From contig JAJRTR010000073.1 of the NCBI GenBank assembly GCA_024278215.1, positions 1 to 55,970 of the forward strand: a DNA stretch of 55,970 nucleotides. Direction: 5' to 3'. How positions within the stretch are numbered: position 1 is the first letter of the stretch; every line of letters begins with the position of its first letter. The position numbers and the translations under genes were made by a program. Positions 40,401 through 48,708 of this stretch are shown here, in pieces. Source of the stretch: a bacterium. Its GTDB lineage: Bacteria; UBP15; UBA6099; JAJRTR01. Below the pieces are notes generated by a model, which ran no database searches, was not told the origin of the DNA, and saw nothing but the letters and a program-made list of their open reading frames with translations.

Positions 40401-40543
40401 GCAGAATCACAAAACAGCAGGTTGTGAAAATATGGGAGGCCGGCAAAATCCTCGGATTCGGCATCGCAGCAATCAAATATATGGGTAACAAAAAACTCAC
40501 ACGAGACATAGCCGCGGAAATTATGCGCAAATCAGAAAAGTGA
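37493..40543 (+). CDS. Class III aminotransferase fused to an acyl-thioester reductase (TamH-like fatty-amine synthase candidate)
   Basis: NSGTEAVE, SFHGKT, ELIQGEGG, DEIQTGLGRTG, LSKALGG; then FLIHPL, GLGAFTSIV, TSGNSYT, VVGAGGNIG, GCMAET. Confidence 0.85.
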   Translation: MTDEQRNFAEYNRPELAKLLTALRLDVEYVRGRGDYLYYKNEKGEEVEVLDLAGGMGSTVLGHNNPEIKEVMQSCIDNDVPMHAQGSFRESAGRLGRKLSELYPGKEKRVTILCNSGTEAVECALKHAEFNRMLRFREIGRDIYRNYKEMKEYFRMHSNLKLPKKYAEKGAEALLNDILLQTQVLEQLPPVVISTEKSFHGKTTGALRVTGSTMYREAFQRLSGIDARFIEFNNLDDLKKVLEKSYFTIKKITVDDGVVKLVGRRYLNVTAFIMELIQGEGGINVATRDFVRGIVKLRKQHGFEWIVDEIQTGLGRTGKLFCIENYAVDKDAVDYMVLSKALGGATHKVGAMLVRESIHNSRFGILHTSTFAEDSPGCMVALKALEITTANKGEAFRMAAEKGNYMKAKLKEIKKEYPDIIREVRGMGLMIGVDFHIFKESNSLFFNRCSKQGVFASVLAGYLLHEHRIRTAPPLNSLVAARPMNVLRIEPSVYISRKDMDRVIFAIRRACKIVRRANAYEFSKFVIGKETPGKYGRIEDYSGPAYKPPVDPEFEKCRRMAFLIHPLDIHQVMEDFDRSLSGFSREKDPETGLSERERYWDIIVPLLDSFVFRVVHVKSPRTGDRVKAHFIGFLYTTQQMVKLRKTNPEVLIEGIQKAVDLGASLGAEVCGLGAFTSIVTHNGTDMDDTYINITSGNSYTAALVWQSVLKAADYAGLKLDECTGAVVGAGGNIGSVCASLLSEDIPRLLLIGSRKSQTVDRLREVAYSIYSDSVDIIRTARPQDLKGLPAALARDLVLPFAALNSREYRFKEKAINNFIEKNYSGKDQKIGHLVKSIFYSRPDSDIGRKVYQAIQLKHGTDPYITLTTNLKRYIPQADVIISAVSADRSIMDVKWFKPGAVVNDASLPPSISTQLYKERPDVIATQGGVGHLPEYINLGIPGLAAGATLGCMAETFILTMMHMADNYSFGRITKQQVVKIWEAGKILGFGIAAIKYMGNKKLTRDIAAEIMRKSEK

Positions 40544-40627
40544 ATGTGTCGCGAAAAACAGGAATCAGGCACTTAGGCCGATTTTCGCAACAACCGCCTG
40601 TCGCTTACGGCAGACCAAGGAATTAAA

Positions 40628-42250
40628 GTGAGTCCCGACTGCACTACAGATTCAAGGTCAAATTTCTCGACAGCATACCTCGTCGCCTTCTTCATATTCT
40701 TCGCGGCTTTCTATGCGCTATTCGTTCGCGGCATACCTCCGAACGGCGACCCGGTCAATTATTTTGTTGTCGCTCAGAACCTTGTGGAAACCGGCACGTT
40801 CGGAATGGAAAAGAATCAGTACGTGCCGCTCGAGCAAGGGCGGGACGGGGCGTATTACTCGAAGTTCGCGCCCGGTCAATCTCTTCTCGAAGCACCTTTT
40901 TACGCACTCGGCAGGATGGTAGCGCCGTCAACTGATGATCAACGTTATCTCTACGCATTCAAATATTTTGTCTCTGTTTTGTGTGTGCCGCCGGTGTCCG
41001 CGCTCACACTTATTTTTTTCATGTTGACGATTCAACTGCTGGGTTATGATCGGCGCACCGCGATCCTTTCGACTTTGCTGCTCGGACTCGGCACAATGAT
41101 GTGGCCTTATGCCAGACTCGGTTTCAGCGAACCGCTTCAGGCCTGCGCGATTGCGGCGGGTTTCTACTATTCGACACGTGCGAGAAGAGAGGGGAGTTTG
41201 ACTGCGGCGGCTTTTGCCGGTGCCGCGATAGGGATGCTTCTGCTGACAAAAGTGTCGGCGGCAATTGTAGCGCCCGGATTCGCTTTGTATCTCATTACGG
41301 GAGCACACGGCCAGAAAAAAAGGTTCAGAGCCGCGATGCTGTTTTCGCTTGTTTTTCTCATTTTTCTATGCCTTTCTCTTGCATACAACCAGTTGCGATT
41401 CGGCGAACTGTTGAATTTCGGGTATTTCAGCGGCAAAGATGCCTCATTCGGCTTTAATGTAAACTGCCTGTCCGGTTTATACGGATTCCTGTTCAGTCCT
41501 GGAAAGAGTATATTCCTGTACGCGCCTGCCGTGTTGCTGTCGTTGTGGGGCGCGCGGCGGCTGCAAAGCGATCATGGCGATGTGAGCACACTTGTATGGT
41601 TCTGCGTGGCGTCGCACCTGGCGGTGTACTGCCGCTGGTGGGCGTGGCACGGCGACTGGAGCTGGGGGCCTCGCTTTCTTGTGCCGCTCATGCCGCTGCT
41701 TATGATACCTGCCGCCGCCCTGGTTGCGACCTTAAAAGAATCTGTTTTTATCCACAGATTCGCATTCATCACGATTGTTGTCGTTTCGTTTTTCATACAG
41801 ACGCTCGGCGTCGCGGTTAATCCTTATGAATACATTATGATCACACGTCACCAGGTGCCCCATGGACCGTTTTTCACACCTGGCCGCGAGGACCTGCGCG
41901 ACGACCAGACCGGCATTCACTTTGTCCCGGATTTCTCACCTGTTGCCGGCCACTGGTGGCTTCTGAAACATACAATAACCGGCGCGGGCCGGACAGCAGA
42001 GCAACAGCGTGCCGCGATGCAGAAAGATTTTCCGTGGCGCGGGCTGATGCGCTATGCCGTGCCGCCGCACCCGGAGCGCGGCGCGGTATTCGATTTCTGG
42101 TGGGTTTATTTTCCCGAATATTTCCCCGAGTCGACAACGTGGGTGAAAGTGTTTCTGATGTCTTTGCTCTTTATGGTTATTACTGTCCCGCTATTCGGAT
42201 TTATCGCGAAAAGGAGAGCGAATAAGTTTGCATCGGAAATCGAGCCGTGA
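40628..42250 (+). CDS. GT-C fold membrane glycosyltransferase (ArnT/PMT-like)
   Basis: Many TM helices; N-terminal loop Asp (GDPVNY), YSKF.PGQS, FSEP, WHGDWSWGPRFL. Confidence 0.7.
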   Translation: MSPDCTTDSRSNFSTAYLVAFFIFFAAFYALFVRGIPPNGDPVNYFVVAQNLVETGTFGMEKNQYVPLEQGRDGAYYSKFAPGQSLLEAPFYALGRMVAPSTDDQRYLYAFKYFVSVLCVPPVSALTLIFFMLTIQLLGYDRRTAILSTLLLGLGTMMWPYARLGFSEPLQACAIAAGFYYSTRARREGSLTAAAFAGAAIGMLLLTKVSAAIVAPGFALYLITGAHGQKKRFRAAMLFSLVFLIFLCLSLAYNQLRFGELLNFGYFSGKDASFGFNVNCLSGLYGFLFSPGKSIFLYAPAVLLSLWGARRLQSDHGDVSTLVWFCVASHLAVYCRWWAWHGDWSWGPRFLVPLMPLLMIPAAALVATLKESVFIHRFAFITIVVVSFFIQTLGVAVNPYEYIMITRHQVPHGPFFTPGREDLRDDQTGIHFVPDFSPVAGHWWLLKHTITGAGRTAEQQRAAMQKDFPWRGLMRYAVPPHPERGAVFDFWWVYFPEYFPESTTWVKVFLMSLLFMVITVPLFGFIAKRRANKFASEIEP

Positions 42251-42308
42251 ACAGGGTTCCGGGAGCGGCTTTTTGATGCGGAAGTCTGTTGTATAAACCT
42301 ACGAACAG

Positions 42309-43508
42309 TTACCGTTTATAAAATGAAACTATGCGCGTCAGCGCGTCCACGACATCCTGCACGTCGCGTCGCGTCATTTTAGGGAACAGGGGCAGTGTGA
42401 TAATCGATTCGCTGATCTCTTCGCAGACAGGAAAATCTTCACGCTTCAAATTCAGCGCGCGCTCGAAATACGAATGCCTGTATATCGGCCTGTAATGGAT
42501 ATTGGCATAAATATTTTCCGTACGCAACGCTGAAAGCACCCTGTCGCGGTCCACCCGCAACGCGCCCGGCGTGATGCGAATCACATACAGGTGATGTGAC
42601 GATTTCGAGCCGGGCGTCAGGACCGGTTTTATCAATTCGTCGACACCCGAAAACGCCTCATTGTAGAAATCGACATAAGAAGCTCTTAGCCTGTTGAACT
42701 CATTGATTTTGCCGAGCTGCACGAGCCCTATTGCCGCGCAGATATCCGGCATGTTGCACTTGAATCCGGGCGCGGAGACATCGTACTGCCATGGTTTATC
42801 GCTGTCCGCGCGGCTGTAGGCGTCATTATCTATCCCGAAGAAACTCAGCGCCTTCGCCTTCGATGCGAGTCCGGCGTCATCCGTTGTGATCATGCCGCCT
42901 TCGACGCTTGTCATATTCTTTATCGCATGAAAACTGAAACATGTCATGTCTCCGAAAGTGCCTATCCTTCGTCCCCTGTACTCTGCGCCGACTGCGTGAG
43001 CGCCGTCCTCGATCACCTTCAATCCGTGCTGTTTCGCGATGGCCGTAATATCGTCCATATCGGCGGGATTACCGGCATAATGCACCGGGATAATCGCCTT
43101 CGTTTTTCCCGTTATCTTTTTCTCAATCGAAGCCGGATCGATATTGTATGTGTCCATCTTTATATCCGCGAGCACAGGCGTCGCACCGCTATAAATGATT
43201 GATAAAACCGTGGCGGCAAATGTCAGAGGAGTCGTAATCACCTCGTCGCCCGGTCCGACGCCGAGAGCTGCTACAGACACAGTGAGCGCGCCGGTGCATG
43301 AGTTCAAGCCCACCGCATACTTCGCGCCGACATAACCGGCGAAGGCATCCTGAAACTCGGCGGTTCGCGGTCCGGTTGTTATCCACACGGACTTCAGCGT
43401 CTCGACAACGGCAGCGATCTCTTCCTCGCCGATCCACTGCGTTGCATAAGGAAGCGGTTCAGTGCGAACGGGCGTTCCGCCCTCGATTGCGGGTTTATCT
43501 ATAGCCAT
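42309..43508 (-). CDS. DegT/DnrJ/EryC1/StrS nucleotide-sugar aminotransferase (SpsC/PseC/ArnB-like)
   Basis: WITTGP, NSCTGAL, PVHYAG, EDGAHA, FSFHAIKNMTSVEGG, LPLFP. Confidence 0.93.
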   Translation of the reverse strand: MAIDKPAIEGGTPVRTEPLPYATQWIGEEEIAAVVETLKSVWITTGPRTAEFQDAFAGYVGAKYAVGLNSCTGALTVSVAALGVGPGDEVITTPLTFAATVLSIIYSGATPVLADIKMDTYNIDPASIEKKITGKTKAIIPVHYAGNPADMDDITAIAKQHGLKVIEDGAHAVGAEYRGRRIGTFGDMTCFSFHAIKNMTSVEGGMITTDDAGLASKAKALSFFGIDNDAYSRADSDKPWQYDVSAPGFKCNMPDICAAIGLVQLGKINEFNRLRASYVDFYNEAFSGVDELIKPVLTPGSKSSHHLYVIRITPGALRVDRDRVLSALRTENIYANIHYRPIYRHSYFERALNLKREDFPVCEEISESIITLPLFPKMTRRDVQDVVDALTRIVSFYKR

Positions 43509-44488
43509 TTGGAATTCTTCTCAGCAATAAGTTTTTCGAGCCACTTTCTTGTGCGCCCAAGTCCGTCTTCGATATCGACGCGGGGTCTCCATCCAAGTAC
43601 TTTCTGCGCTGCGGAACTGTCCCCGCACAGCTTCATTATTTCACTCTGAGGATGTATGTGCTTTATTCGCCTGATCTTCGAGCCTGTTTTATCGGGTGCC
43701 GAATCGACGACTGTACGCGCAAGTTTATTTATAGTAATATCGCTGCCCGTGGCGGCGTTCAGAGTGCGCCCCCACACCTTGCCCGACGTCGACGCGCGTA
43801 GCAGGAAATCGGCGCAGTCTTCGACATACAGCAAATCTCGTGTCTGGTGTCCCGTCCCATATATAAGGAGGTCTTCACCCCTGATCTGGCGAGTTAGAAA
43901 GATCGAAACCACCCCACCCTCACCCGTCGCCTTCTGGTGTGGTCCATACGTGTTGAACGGCCTTAGCACCGCAGTCGGCATACCATAGGCATGATAATAA
44001 GAAATCGTCATGTTTTCACCAGCCAGCTTCGCGCCCGCATAAGGCGAACGAGGCAGCACAGGATGCGTTTCATCTATCGCGCCTTCCGGCTTCGACAGAT
44101 CATATACCATGCACGTGCTCATGAAAACGAACTTCGTTCCTGCCGCACGACACGCTTCGAGCAGATAAAATGTGCCGTCCACATCCGACTCGAACGTCCG
44201 CACGGGATCGTCAATACTGTCCTGGACGACTATCTGAGCCGCAAGATGCAGGCAGATATCCGGCTTGATCTTCGCAACGAGGCCCCCCACCATTTTTCTC
44301 TGGCGTATGCTGCCTTTCTTCACTTCGGCAAGTCGAGGTTCATTCGCGAATTCCGCAAGATTCTCACGCAGTCCGTTCGAGAAATCATCAAGGACATATA
44401 CCCTGTGCGGCGTATCGTCGAGAAACGCTTTGACGACCCACCTGCCGATGAAGCCCGCTCCGCCTGTTATAAGTACGTTTTTTTTCAT
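43499..44488 (-). CDS. NAD-dependent nucleotide-sugar epimerase/dehydratase
   Basis: ITGGAGFIG, HLAAQ, STCMVY, YAGAK, RPFNTYGP. Confidence 0.92.
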   Translation of the reverse strand: MKKNVLITGGAGFIGRWVVKAFLDDTPHRVYVLDDFSNGLRENLAEFANEPRLAEVKKGSIRQRKMVGGLVAKIKPDICLHLAAQIVVQDSIDDPVRTFESDVDGTFYLLEACRAAGTKFVFMSTCMVYDLSKPEGAIDETHPVLPRSPYAGAKLAGENMTISYYHAYGMPTAVLRPFNTYGPHQKATGEGGVVSIFLTRQIRGEDLLIYGTGHQTRDLLYVEDCADFLLRASTSGKVWGRTLNAATGSDITINKLARTVVDSAPDKTGSKIRRIKHIHPQSEIMKLCGDSSAAQKVLGWRPRVDIEDGLGRTRKWLEKLIAEKNSKWL

Positions 44489-44680
44489 AACGCTATTCCA
44501 GAAAAACCGAATGTATTTGCGCACGCACAGAAAAACCCAAATACCACGCATTCTTTAATATCGGCCATTATGCCCGGTTTATGAAATATCACGGAAAAAA
44601 AGATTGCACTGTGCTAAAATACATAATCGTGAAATCCTTGCCTGTGAATCGCACCGGCTGAACGGTTTGGGGATATCGAC

Positions 44681-45793
44681 ATGGATTCTGACTTTTTATT
44701 CGCACGAACAGCAATACTTGGGCTCGGCCTGCTGGGTGGCTCGATAGCGATTGCCGGAAAGAAGCGGGGACTGTTGAACAGAGTCGCCGGCTACGGACGC
44801 AAACCCGAGCGGCTCCGGTACGCGCTGGACAATAACATCGCCGACGAGACACATACGACACCCGAAGAAACTGTCAGGGATGCGGACCTTGTGATCGTAT
44901 GCACACCTGTCGGCCTGATACCGGAAATGATCGAGCGCATCGGACCGCATCTGCGCGACGGTGCGATTGTTACAGACGTAGGAAGTACAAAGCAGAATAT
45001 AGTGGAACATGCGGAGCGAGTGTTGCCCGGCACAGTCAGTTTCGTCGGTGGCCACCCGATGGCAGGCTCCGAGGAATCCGGTGTCGAAGCGGCAAATGAA
45101 GCACTGTTCGAAAACGCCCTTTGCATACTGACATCGTCGGCCGGCACGAATATCGGTGCACTCAACAAGCTCGAGCGGTTCTGGTCCGGCCTGAAAGCAA
45201 AGGTGCTTATCGCATCGCCGGAAGAACACGACCTGCTCGTCGCGGCCTCCAGCCACCTTGCGCATATAGTGGCCGTTTCACTCACTCGATGCGTCGAAAA
45301 AGTCAGTGAAGACAACGAAAAAGTTATTCCGCTTCTCGCGGGCGGATTCCGCGACACAACGAGAATCGCTTCCGGCAATCCCGAGATGTGGCGTGACATC
45401 TGCATCCAGAACAGGGACCATATACAGGCAGTCATCGACAGGTTCACCGAGTCGATATCCGAAATATCGGAACTTATAAGCGCAGGCAACGACAGCGCGC
45501 TGACCGATCTCTTTTCCGCAACCAAACTTTTTCGCGACGATCTGCCCGCGCGTGGCCGCGGTATCCTCGAACCAGTAAATGAGCTGCTGGTGGACGTAAC
45601 GGACAGGCCCGGTGTCATCGGCCAAATCGCTACCTCGCTCGGCAGCGGCGGGATAAACATCAGGAACATAAATGTTCAGCATGTCAGGGAAATAAAAGGC
45701 GGCACACTCAGTCTCATACTGGAAAAGGATTCCGATATGGAGCCCGCTATCGAGATTCTCATGCAACACGGTTTCTCGGCCCGTAAACGATGA
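44681..45793 (+). CDS. tyrA: Prephenate dehydrogenase with C-terminal ACT domain
   Basis: GLGLLGGS, TDVGSTK, GGHPMAGSE, SHLAH, GGFRDTTRIA, DRPGVIG. Confidence 0.95.
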   Translation: MDSDFLFARTAILGLGLLGGSIAIAGKKRGLLNRVAGYGRKPERLRYALDNNIADETHTTPEETVRDADLVIVCTPVGLIPEMIERIGPHLRDGAIVTDVGSTKQNIVEHAERVLPGTVSFVGGHPMAGSEESGVEAANEALFENALCILTSSAGTNIGALNKLERFWSGLKAKVLIASPEEHDLLVAASSHLAHIVAVSLTRCVEKVSEDNEKVIPLLAGGFRDTTRIASGNPEMWRDICIQNRDHIQAVIDRFTESISEISELISAGNDSALTDLFSATKLFRDDLPARGRGILEPVNELLVDVTDRPGVIGQIATSLGSGGINIRNINVQHVREIKGGTLSLILEKDSDMEPAIEILMQHGFSARKR

Positions 45794-45850
45794 GGCGATG
45801 AACGCGGCAGGAGCGTTCAGGCTATGCGTTCCGGGCCAGAGCCAACTTTA

Positions 45851-46849
45851 TTAACGCAGTTTGAGTTTTGCGCCTTCTTTTCTCTTTGCCGCGCCGGTTT
45901 CTGCTTCATCCTTTCGGAAGATAAGTATGCTGTAGTGGACAATATTGGGTACATAAGTGTGAGGATAGCCGTAGGGACGTAGTTTTTCTGCTTTGTTTTC
46001 CCATATTTTTTCACCTTTTAGTATGAAGCCTGCGTCTTCGGCGACTGATGTGAAATAAGGCGCCATGAATACGTAGCGGCTTTTGTTGTAGAGATTTCTT
46101 GTAAAAACGGCGATGTATTTTTTATTTTTCAGCCCTTTGTAACAGTTGACGAGCACCTGTCGAATGAAGTCGAAATATTCTTCGAGCGGTTTTTCGGGCG
46201 GTTCGGCTTCGGGCATCCACTCTTCGGGTGTGAGCGGGTCGGGCGGGTCGACAACAATGAAATCGATAGTGTCGGGCGGAATGTAGGCTGTCATGTATGC
46301 GGAATCGCCGAAAACAAGCTTCTGTCGTTCGATGCTTTCCTGCTTGCATATCTTGTAGTAGATGTCGATCCAGTCCTGGTTGATCTCGAAACCGATGGCA
46401 TCGCGACCGAGCAGGGATGCGGAGAGCAGGGAGGTGCCTGTGCCGGCGAAGGGGTCGACGATGTGGTCGCCCTGTTTGGTGAAGAAGGCGATAAGCTGTC
46501 CGATGAGGTGAGGGCTTTTATAGTCGGGATGGTGGCGGCGCATGTCGTGTCCGAGTATGTGCGGGAATTTCGGATTGAAAACTGTGCGAGTGAAGGTGAG
46601 CCATTCGCCGCTGGAAAGCTCGTTCATTTTATTCTTTTTATCCTGCTTGAAAGTCCGCTCATTGAGGAAAGGAAAATTGGTCATGTAGTCGAACTCGGGA
46701 GCCTTCTCTTCGACTCTGAAAGTTCTGAGCAGGTTAAGGAGATCGCGGCAGTTTTCCGCATGTGTGCATGAGGGACACATATAGATGGGACTGCGGCAAT
46801 AGAAAGAGAGCTCTTCTTCTGATTTTACATCTTTCAGGTCTTTTGACAT
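45851..46849 (-). CDS. N4/N6 DNA-methyltransferase-like SAM-dependent methyltransferase with atypical DPPD motif
   Basis: HP..K.P.LI..LI.FFTK, DPFAGTGT, GFEIN, VDPPD; Cys-rich N-terminus. Confidence 0.75.
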   Translation of the reverse strand: MSKDLKDVKSEEELSFYCRSPIYMCPSCTHAENCRDLLNLLRTFRVEEKAPEFDYMTNFPFLNERTFKQDKKNKMNELSSGEWLTFTRTVFNPKFPHILGHDMRRHHPDYKSPHLIGQLIAFFTKQGDHIVDPFAGTGTSLLSASLLGRDAIGFEINQDWIDIYYKICKQESIERQKLVFGDSAYMTAYIPPDTIDFIVVDPPDPLTPEEWMPEAEPPEKPLEEYFDFIRQVLVNCYKGLKNKKYIAVFTRNLYNKSRYVFMAPYFTSVAEDAGFILKGEKIWENKAEKLRPYGYPHTYVPNIVHYSILIFRKDEAETGAAKRKEGAKLKLR

Positions 46850-46850
46850 G

Positions 46851-48272
46851 TCATACGATGGGTTCTTTCCGGAAGTCTGTGGATTCGCCGAGGTAGAGGT
46901 CTTTCAGGTTTTTCAGGTTGAGCACCTTGCCTTCGACCTGTTTGTTGGGGTCGGTGTAGCACTTGATGAGTTCGACGACGGGTCTGTCCGGTCGCCCCTT
47001 ATTCTGCTCTTTAATCACACATTTAAATATCGGGTCGGTGGATTTAACATGGTAGAGGTCGACGACCTCGCCGACTTCGTAGAGCATTAGTATCTGTTCG
47101 AAAGCGATAACAAGGTCCCTGTCGAACATAGGCTCGACGATTGTGCCGTCCGGTGTTGTTTTGACTTCCGAGGAATCGTACAGCCACTCGAGTACTTTTG
47201 CGCGCGAGAATTTTTTTCGCCAGGGCCGGTCTATCACCATGGAGTCGAAACAATCGATCATGCCAAGAATCTTAGCGAACGTGTGCAGCTTCGTTTTATG
47301 TTTGGGGTAGCCGGAGCCGTCGAGCCGTTCGTGGTGGTTCTCGATAGTAGTTTTCGCGAGCGGCCGGTTGGTGAAAAAGATATGATACTGGATCACGTTC
47401 ATTGTGACTTCGACATGTTTTTTCAGTATGTTGTGTTCTTCCGGTCCGATGCGACCGTCCTTGAAGAGTATCTCGGCCATGCCGTCGTGGAGATAGCCGA
47501 CATCGTGCATGAAAGCCGCAAGCGTGCCGCTCATGACTTCTTCGTCGCTGTAAAAGAAAAGAGTCTCTTTCCGTTTCTTGTGGTCGAATCCCGGTGAATA
47601 TTTGAGTTCCGAACTCACCGCTCCTTTTTTCTTGAGGTCGGCGTTGTACCTTTGCAGGGTCGCCAGGAAATAGAGACCGCAGTTTGCCATGTGATTGAAA
47701 AGATAGCTGCCCTCGATCCGGTTGTCGTTAAGATTCAACTGCACTTTATCAATTTCGTGTGGTGCGAACTCTTTTTCAATGAGATCGTAGCACATGCTCT
47801 GGAACTTCTCGAGTTTCTTGACACTGATAACAGACTCAGAGAATATCTTCAGTGCCTTAATCTGAGACGGCGGCCTGTCGGGGTCGAGGGTTGTGAGCGC
47901 GCCTCTTTTCATCAGCGCTCCGGCACCCCGGCTGATATTCCTGATCCGGAGCATTTCACGCTGAGGATCCTTTTCAGTCATTATGTCTGCAAGACTAACT
48001 GCGATATCATTCTTCAACAGGCTGTACTTTTCCGTCTTCGAAAGCTGGTCGGCCTCCTCCTCGTCGTCGTCGCCCGACAGTATATGCACCTGCTGCTCAT
48101 CCTTGCCCCTTACCCATACTTCATGGAAACCGAGCCGTTTGAGTGCGGCCAGCACTGTTTCGGAAACCGGCACGCCGGAACTGAACCCTTTCACACCGGT
48201 TCCGAGAATAACCGGCCGCGCCAGCACAAGTTCTTCATTCAGATCGATCTCATCAAGTGTAATCTTCTGCAT
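46851..48272 (-). CDS. HD-GYP domain protein (probable c-di-GMP phosphodiesterase)
   Basis: MHDVG, HHERLDGSGYP, DCFDSM..DRPWRK. Confidence 0.88.
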   Translation of the reverse strand: MQKITLDEIDLNEELVLARPVILGTGVKGFSSGVPVSETVLAALKRLGFHEVWVRGKDEQQVHILSGDDDEEEADQLSKTEKYSLLKNDIAVSLADIMTEKDPQREMLRIRNISRGAGALMKRGALTTLDPDRPPSQIKALKIFSESVISVKKLEKFQSMCYDLIEKEFAPHEIDKVQLNLNDNRIEGSYLFNHMANCGLYFLATLQRYNADLKKKGAVSSELKYSPGFDHKKRKETLFFYSDEEVMSGTLAAFMHDVGYLHDGMAEILFKDGRIGPEEHNILKKHVEVTMNVIQYHIFFTNRPLAKTTIENHHERLDGSGYPKHKTKLHTFAKILGMIDCFDSMVIDRPWRKKFSRAKVLEWLYDSSEVKTTPDGTIVEPMFDRDLVIAFEQILMLYEVGEVVDLYHVKSTDPIFKCVIKEQNKGRPDRPVVELIKCYTDPNKQVEGKVLNLKNLKDLYLGESTDFRKEPIV

Positions 48273-48454
48273 TTTTTTATTTTCTATAATTTAGTCTTTA
48301 TTGACCATTATTGTAACATGCTTTTTGATTCAATGGAACCAAAAAGCTCCTATTTAATATATTATTCGCGTTTCTTAATAAAATCAAACTAAAAACCTTA
48401 GAAAAGTGACACAGCGTCGTTGACATGACAGTGAGCCCTTGTCCGCCGTAAGCG

Positions 48455-48503
48455 ACAGGCATTCTCCCGATTTTTGGCCCGCATTGGTGAAATATGCGGG
48501 ATA
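48455..48503. repeat. REP-like hairpin family, type B
   Basis: ACAGGCATTCTCCCGATTTTTGGCCCGCATTGGTGAAATATGCGGG. Confidence 0.75.
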
Positions 48504-48708
48504 AAAGTTTTATGGTGAAAGTCGGCGCTTTCAGTTGCGCCGTTCCCATGGTGGACACATGGAAAGATGAAAAAGGGTGGCCCCCGGGAATGATGAAAAT
48601 CTGTGTGCCGTGCTCAAACCGCATTTATTTGGGCACGAAAATGCGACCTTTTTGGTTCCGGCTATGCGGGGTTAATGTGTGAGGAGATAAAAGTACAGGT
48701 AACTCATC

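Noticed and set aside
45851-46849. Restriction-modification or defence system
   Set aside because: No endonuclease, specificity subunit or other defence gene nearby
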